In this document: positions 58,613 through 64,000 of the stretch, in pieces
Layout: each line of letters begins with the position of its first letter
Position numbering within the stretch: the stretch's first letter is position 1
From: a candidate division FCPU426 bacterium
GTDB lineage: Bacteria > Oederibacteriota > Muellerivitia > Muellerivitales > Muellerivitaceae
Direction of reading: 5' to 3'
DNA: 64,000 nucleotides
Assembly (NCBI GenBank): GCA_963738405.1
Contig: CAVTWJ010000018.1
Location: 32,001 to 96,000 of the forward strand
The notes under the pieces: generated by a model
Databases searched by the model: none
Told to the model about the DNA's origin: nothing
The model's input: only the letters and a program-made list of their open reading frames with translations
Made by a program: the position numbers and the translations under genes

Positions 58613-59950
58613 TTAAGGCTTTGGCTGGAGGAAGGATCGTACTTTCTCGGCGGCTCGGTGGCCTGAGAAGCAAGCGCCCTCAATGGTGGCGGGAAGGCCG
58701 GTGGCGGTGAAATCCCCGGCCAAAAACACGTTTTCAAAAACCGTTTCGCAGGTGGGGCGACACGAGACGTTCTCCGGGGTTAATTCGACTGTCGCGGCCA
58801 TTTCCTTCACTACCTTGGAATGAAGTCTTTGGGCGCCTTGAGCCAGGGGAAAATGGCGCTGTAATTCTTCCACGGCCGTCACCAAAAGTTCCTTATCGTT
58901 TTTCACGGCCAAATCCATGTCCGCGCTGGCGACCAGGCTTAAATATTGTCCCGGGCCTGCGTAGCCCCAATTGGCGTTGCGGTTGAAGACCCACTCGAAA
59001 TGGGCGCCGGGGAGCCCGGCCCAATGGCCTTTCATCACAGGCCGGTCGAGCAAGAGATTTACGGAAAGAATCGGAGAGCGGCCCATTTGTTCTGCCGAAA
59101 CCGGGGAGGGAAGATCGGACGTGGTCCAGAGGGCCTCCAGGGACCGGGGGGGGAGGGCCAAGACGAGGGCGTCGCCGGAGAAAATTTTGCCCGAGGCTGT
59201 TTCTACCTCGAAAGGTCCGCTGACCAGCCGGAGGTGGCGGGCCCCATCCCCCAAATGGATCATTCCCCCTTTTTCTTTCAAGTAGCTTTCAACTTTGGGA
59301 AAGGCCAATTCGCTTAAGGGTTTGGCGGGCAGGGCGATAGCGCTCTGGGCGCGGGTTCCAAAAAAGGCCCTGTGCAGGGCCTCCCCGAATTCCAAAAGGG
59401 AGGATCGTTCGGGCTGCAGGTTCATGACGGCCCGGCAGAGGGGATCCCAGAATCTTTCACGGGAAATCGGCCCCTGACGGGTATGGACCAAAAACTGGCC
59501 CACCGTTTGGAGGCCCTTAGCAATTGAAAAGGGGCGCCGGGCGAAGGGCTGGAGCGCCCGGGCCAGGGAAAGTTTTTCCCCCATGGGAAAGGCCTTGGTT
59601 TTCAGCAAGCCCACCGCCAGATGGAAGGGAGCCGGAAGATTGGCGCAGGAAAAGGAGGCGGGTACGCCGCCGGGGCTCATCCAGGTGATTTCCAGCGGGT
59701 TGATCCAATGGAAGGAGTTTTCGAATTCCAAGCGCTTGAAAAGCGCCCAGGTGTCTTTGTAACAGCCCAGGAACAGATGGGGACCGTTGTCGCAGGGAGC
59801 TGGAAAGGAATCTCCCGGCGCGATGGTGTAGACCCGGCCGCCGAGGGAAGAGCGGGTCTCCAAAAGTTCCACCCCGATTCCCTGCTCGGCCAAGGCGGTG
59901 GCGGCGGCCACCCCGGAGTAACCTCCTCCCACCACAATAACCCGGCTCAT
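58613..59950 (-). CDS. hpnE: Hydroxysqualene dehydroxylase
   Basis: VGGGYSG, LGGR, DNGPHLFLGCY, LAGDFTATGLPATIEGA; follows hpnCD. Confidence 0.88.
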   Translation of the reverse strand: MSRVIVVGGGYSGVAAATALAEQGIGVELLETRSSLGGRVYTIAPGDSFPAPCDNGPHLFLGCYKDTWALFKRLEFENSFHWINPLEITWMSPGGVPASFSCANLPAPFHLAVGLLKTKAFPMGEKLSLARALQPFARRPFSIAKGLQTVGQFLVHTRQGPISRERFWDPLCRAVMNLQPERSSLLEFGEALHRAFFGTRAQSAIALPAKPLSELAFPKVESYLKEKGGMIHLGDGARHLRLVSGPFEVETASGKIFSGDALVLALPPRSLEALWTTSDLPSPVSAEQMGRSPILSVNLLLDRPVMKGHWAGLPGAHFEWVFNRNANWGYAGPGQYLSLVASADMDLAVKNDKELLVTAVEELQRHFPLAQGAQRLHSKVVKEMAATVELTPENVSCRPTCETVFENVFLAGDFTATGLPATIEGACFSGHRAAEKVRSFLQPKP

Positions 59951-59969
59951 GCGTTTTCTCCCCCGGGCC

Positions 59970-60806
59970 TCAAGCGAATACCTTCCCCAGCGAACAGCGG
60001 CCCAGGGCGCCCACCACCGAAAGAACCTTATCCGCGCGGGAAAGGGATCTTTTTCCCTCGAGTATGGTGAAGGGTTGGTCGTAAAGCCGCTGGTAGAGCT
60101 TCACATAAACTGCCGCGATGGCCTCGGCGGTGGGAAGCTCAGCCCTTTGTTTAGTGGAAAGGGCGGCGCGGGATTTCAACAGGAAACCCAGGGCCCTGTC
60201 CAATTGGAACCGTACGAAGGCCGGCCAATGGGAATCGCCCTTTTGAATGTTTTCCGGAACCAGATGAAATTGACGAAAGTCGGAAAGGGGGAAATAAAGC
60301 CTCTTGAATCCTAGGTCTTCCTTAAAATCGCGGGTCACGTTGACGAGCTGGAGAAAAACACCGAGGTTTTCGGCATAGACCCGGTGGGCTTCATCCTTAA
60401 ACCCGAATATTTCCATGCTAGCCAAACCAGGCCCTCCCGCCACTTGCAGGGCGTAAGAATGGAGTTCCTTGAAATTTTTAAATCGCAGGGGTTTTAAATC
60501 CCTGGCGATGCCGTTCAAGATGCGTTCCAGAGGCTCGGACGAAAGGTTGAAATCCCGGATCACTTCCTGAAATGAGGTAAACAGGGGATCTTTCGATTTT
60601 TGCAAAAAAGCTTTTTTGAGTTCCGCCCTGAACCGGGCGAGCCGGGATTTCTTTTGGGCGGAGGTGCCTTCCCCGTCGGCGATCTCGTCCGCGTTCCAGC
60701 AAAAACGGTAAAGGGACTCCATGGCTGCCCTTTTTTGGGGGGATAGAAGAAGGAGGGGGAAATAAAAACTCGATTTTTTTTCCAGGGAATCTTTTTGGGG
60801 ATTCAC
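59970..60806 (-). CDS. hpnD: Presqualene diphosphate synthase
   Basis: SSFYF, LYRFC..ADEIAD, LQLVNVTRDFKED. Confidence 0.82.
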   Translation of the reverse strand: MNPQKDSLEKKSSFYFPLLLLSPQKRAAMESLYRFCWNADEIADGEGTSAQKKSRLARFRAELKKAFLQKSKDPLFTSFQEVIRDFNLSSEPLERILNGIARDLKPLRFKNFKELHSYALQVAGGPGLASMEIFGFKDEAHRVYAENLGVFLQLVNVTRDFKEDLGFKRLYFPLSDFRQFHLVPENIQKGDSHWPAFVRFQLDRALGFLLKSRAALSTKQRAELPTAEAIAAVYVKLYQRLYDQPFTILEGKRSLSRADKVLSVVGALGRCSLGKVFA

Positions 60807-60842
60807 GCGGCTTCCTTCAAGGGATATGTGATTGACTTTTTC

Positions 60843-61712
60843 CTAGGGCCGGACGAAACCGGCCAGGGATCGGAGGGCCAGGAGAGCCTTGTCCAAGGCG
60901 TTCCAGGAGGGCCTTTCCTGAAGCACATTGTAGTCCAGGGCCCGAATTTTCGAGAGGATTCCCTGGCCTCCCAGATAGGTGGCGCGAAGCTCCATCAGGA
61001 ACCTGCCCCGGACGGCCTCCAGTAAGGGGAAACCCCGCCGGAAATAGTTATCCGTGAATCGGACCGATTCCCTCACCAAGGCGCGAACCTGTGGGGAGTC
61101 CCTTAAAGCCAAGAGGTTGGAGGGTTTGACCCCGGCTTTTTTAAGTTCCGCCAGCGGGTAATAGATCCTTCCCCTTTTCAAGTCGATGGCCGAATCCTGC
61201 CAGAAATTAATGAGCTGAAGACCCGAGCAAATAAAGTCCGACCAAAGGTGAAGTTTTTTTTCCCGGTAGCCGGAAATGTATAGCACCATCCTTCCCACGG
61301 GGTTGGCGCTGTGGCGGCAATAATAGAGAAGGGAATTCCAAGTGGAATAGCGGTGGATCTTAAGGTCCATGCGGTAGGCTCTCAATAGGTCCAAAGGCAG
61401 GGACGTTGGTATCTGAAAGGTTCGAAGGGTATGGGCGAAGGCTTTAAGAACCGCTGGAGAATCTTTCCCCTGGAGGGCTTTTCCCAAACCCCTTTCCCAG
61501 GCGTCGATTTCTTTCAACCTTCGGCCCTCGTATCTTTCCTCATCGGCGAAATCATCTGCGGTACGGGCAAAGGCATAGAGGGCGGCCACGTGGGGCCGGG
61601 ATGCTTTGGGAAGAAGCAGGGAAGCGACCGGAAAATTCTCATAACGCGCCGAGGCTTGGTTTTCACAGGCCCGGTAGGCTTCTTGCAAATGTACAGGAAT
61701 GGGATAATTCAC
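60843..61712 (-). CDS. hpnC: Hydroxysqualene synthase
   Basis: YENFPVAS, YAFARTADDFADE, YCRHSANPVGRMVL, LQLINFWQD. Start uncertain (61712 or 61739). Confidence 0.9.
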   Translation of the reverse strand: MNYPIPVHLQEAYRACENQASARYENFPVASLLLPKASRPHVAALYAFARTADDFADEERYEGRRLKEIDAWERGLGKALQGKDSPAVLKAFAHTLRTFQIPTSLPLDLLRAYRMDLKIHRYSTWNSLLYYCRHSANPVGRMVLYISGYREKKLHLWSDFICSGLQLINFWQDSAIDLKRGRIYYPLAELKKAGVKPSNLLALRDSPQVRALVRESVRFTDNYFRRGFPLLEAVRGRFLMELRATYLGGQGILSKIRALDYNVLQERPSWNALDKALLALRSLAGFVRP

Positions 61713-61889
61713 ACCCCAAGGGTAAAGGGGTAGGGGCAAAACGGAAACCCTAATTTTAGGACTTTTTCTTTACAAGGATTCATTCGGGATAGATTTAGCC
61801 CAAATTCAACTTTTTATTTGAGATGGTTTGGAGAAAGACGTCGTTTTGTTTGATAAAATCCAGTCCGCATCCCTGGACCAAAATCTGAC

Positions 61890-62999
61890 ATGGAAAAAAT
61901 GAACTTTTCTAAACCATTCGTATTAGGAGCCGTGACTTCCTTTTTGGGACTCGTTTTATTAAGCGAGATGCTTCTTCGCCTGACGGTTCCAACGGGTTTC
62001 TGGTACCGCCATTTCGACTTATCCGCCGATTTCACAAGTTTGGCCGAGGTTCAAGACCGGTTGCGTTACGGGGCCCAGGGAAACCCTGTCGTTTTTGTAA
62101 TGGGTGACAGCGTATTGGGGGCCAGCGCCCTCATGGAACACCGCCTCCCAGGAGCCCGAACCCTGACTTTGGGGCGTTCCCTGGGCCGTGAGCTGGAACC
62201 GGATGGCATTCATGCCCTGACCCTTGGCGCCGATGGAATTCTTTTGCCAGATCTTTTGGCCCTTACCAGCGAGTTTCTTCCCCAATATGAAAAGATCTCA
62301 AATGGGCTTAAACCGCAAAAAATACTTTTGCTGCTGAATTTTCGTATGTTTTCTCAGGAATTCGCGTCCGGTCCCAAAGCCCTTTCCAGGGAATTTTTAA
62401 AGGAAAATTTGCCTCTTTCCCTGGCGGCGGCGCTTGGGACCGATCCTAAGAAGACGGATGAAAACAGGCTCAGCGATAAACTTTTTGAATTCCTTTGCCG
62501 GCACTTCTTTCTTTTCCGCGAATCCCAAATGGCGAAGACCCTTTGGTATTACCCAAACCAGAAAGATTTTTTCCAGCGCCAGTTGGAGAAAGTCATGGGG
62601 CCGTCGAAAGAAGAGGAGGATTTGGTGGAAGCGGGCTTGAAACTCAAGATCGCGACCTATTACCAGGCCTACCACTGGCCGGAAGACGGGATGCCCTTTC
62701 TAAGTCTGGCGCTTTTATTACAAAGGTTGAAGGAATCCAATATCCCGGTCGATGTGATTTTAACTCCCCAAAACCCGGCCTTTTTAGGGGAATACTTGGA
62801 CCGACCCAGTTTTGAATTCAACCGGAGGAATCTTCAGCTTTTCATGAAGGCCCATGGATTCAAGGGATTGGAGTACAGGGACTGGTCCAACCGATATGAA
62901 TCCCGCCTATTTCTGGATCATTGTCATTTGACCCCTGAGGGAAATCAGGCCTATGCCAGGGATTTGGCAGATCTGCTTGCGCGAAAGGAAAAAAGCTAA
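61890..62999 (+). CDS. Membrane-anchored SGNH/DltD-like acyltransferase
   Basis: N-terminal transmembrane segment, VMGDSV nucleophile block, C-terminal FLDHCHLTPEG (DxxH). Confidence 0.72.
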   Translation: MEKMNFSKPFVLGAVTSFLGLVLLSEMLLRLTVPTGFWYRHFDLSADFTSLAEVQDRLRYGAQGNPVVFVMGDSVLGASALMEHRLPGARTLTLGRSLGRELEPDGIHALTLGADGILLPDLLALTSEFLPQYEKISNGLKPQKILLLLNFRMFSQEFASGPKALSREFLKENLPLSLAAALGTDPKKTDENRLSDKLFEFLCRHFFLFRESQMAKTLWYYPNQKDFFQRQLEKVMGPSKEEEDLVEAGLKLKIATYYQAYHWPEDGMPFLSLALLLQRLKESNIPVDVILTPQNPAFLGEYLDRPSFEFNRRNLQLFMKAHGFKGLEYRDWSNRYESRLFLDHCHLTPEGNQAYARDLADLLARKEKS

Positions 63000-63118
63000 T
63001 GAACCATTCATTTCTGAAGGGCCTGGGTGTGGGAATGGTTTTGTTTTTGCTTTTCCTGGCCATCCTTCTTTTTTCCGGGGATCTTTCTGCTTCCAAGTTT
63101 ATTTATGTTGATTTTTAA
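62999..63118 (+). CDS. 39-aa DltX-like single-transmembrane microprotein
   Basis: Manual translation MNHSFLKGLGVGMVLFLLFLAILLFSGDLSASKFIYVDF*; TAATG overlap with the upstream stop. Confidence 0.8.
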   Translation: MNHSFLKGLGVGMVLFLLFLAILLFSGDLSASKFIYVDF

Positions 63119-63135
63119 AAACCGGGGAGCGCTTT

Positions 63136-64000
63136 TTGATATTTAATACGAGCTGGTTTCTTCTTTTTTTTCTCCTTTTTTATCCATTGCTTTGGCTGAT
63201 GCCGACTCCCCGGTTCCGACTGGTTTATACGCTTGTCTGCAGCGCCATTTTTCATTACCACTTCGCCGGACCTGCCGGAATAAAACCCATCATTGCCATG
63301 GCGGTTTTAACTTTTTTTTTCGCCCTCGGGATTGCGGCCAAGCGGCAGAAACCGGGAATGGGAAAGGGCCTTTATTTAGGAGCGGTTCTTATACCGGTTT
63401 TAGGGCTGTTATTTTTCAAGTATCAATACCTGCTGGTTACTTCCCTGGGAAACATGATGGGAGGAGACATGGGGAGTTGGTTTCAAACCCACGCCTATCA
63501 GCCGGCCCTGCCCCTGGCCATTTCTTTTTTCACCTTTGAATTTGTCCATTACCTGACGGACGTCTACCACGGCAGCGAACCGGTGAGAAATCCCGTTAAG
63601 TTCGGTATTTTCTGCATTTTTTTCCCTTCCATCGTTTCGGGCCCCATCAAACGCTACCAGCCTTTTCTGGCCCAGCTTCAGGAAGGTTTGAAAAGGCCCG
63701 AGGTGGAAAGGGCCTTGCTGGGATTGTTCCAGGTATTATTAGGCTTCTTCAAAAAACTGGTCATTGCGGATAACGCGACGATGGTCATCCATCTTCTTGA
63801 AAAAAGAACTGATCTGACCTTTGGACCCACCTGCCTTCTTTTGGCGCTTCTTTCTATCCGTATACTTTTCGACTTTTCCGGCTATAGCGACATCGCCATC
63901 GGCTTAGGCAAATTGATAGGCTTGGATCTGCCAATCAACTTTAATTTTCCTTACATTTCAAGAAATATCACGGAATTCTGGAGACGCTGGCACATATCCC
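63136..64000 (+). CDS. MBOAT O-acyltransferase (AlgI/DltB family), 3' end outside window
   Basis: Not in the ORF track. From the TTG at 63136: MIFNT...FFKY...LPLAISFFTFE..HYLTDVY...FFPSIVSGPIKR...GFFKKLVIADN...FDFSGYSDIAIG...NFNFPY..N.TEFWRRWHIS. Confidence 0.92.
   Translation, partial: MIFNTSWFLLFFLLFYPLLWLMPTPRFRLVYTLVCSAIFHYHFAGPAGIKPIIAMAVLTFFFALGIAAKRQKPGMGKGLYLGAVLIPVLGLLFFKYQYLLVTSLGNMMGGDMGSWFQTHAYQPALPLAISFFTFEFVHYLTDVYHGSEPVRNPVKFGIFCIFFPSIVSGPIKRYQPFLAQLQEGLKRPEVERALLGLFQVLLGFFKKLVIADNATMVIHLLEKRTDLTFGPTCLLLALLSIRILFDFSGYSDIAIGLGKLIGLDLPINFNFPYISRNITEFWRRWHIS

Overview
This is a bacterial chromosomal window from a diderm organism (it has a TonB-dependent receptor and an LPS heptose epimerase), and it appears to contain the replication origin. 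In order: two cobalamin-riboswitch-controlled B12 uptake units (btuB; btuD-btuC-bluB-btuF); cydAB; dnaA-dnaN with DnaA-box clusters and a Bacillus-like DnaA-trio unwinding module; a MrfA/Hrq1-type helicase fused to a DEDD exonuclease; a GAF/HD-GYP protein; housekeeping genes (thiO-like, hldD, purC, a YeeE/YedE pair, an M3 peptidase, ispH); a complete hoxEFUYHW bidirectional NiFe-hydrogenase operon whose hyp genes are split by low-GC insertions; addB-addA; hpnCDE; and an SGNH/MBOAT acylation locus running off the right edge. The most unusual signals are outside the ORF track. (1) addAB carries four palindromic repeats of three families translated in frame. Two are copies of a 69-bp element with compensatory stem changes and flanking direct repeats, and one 53-bp element has a 50/53-identical intergenic copy 23 kb away. 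(2) An unannotated 39-aa DltX-like microprotein ending in FIYVDF lies between a DltD-like SGNH gene and an MBOAT gene. (3) There is a family of intergenic inverted repeats with 8-9 nt periodicity. I saw no rRNA, tRNA, CRISPR array or transposase. All calls are from reading motifs by eye; no database search was run.
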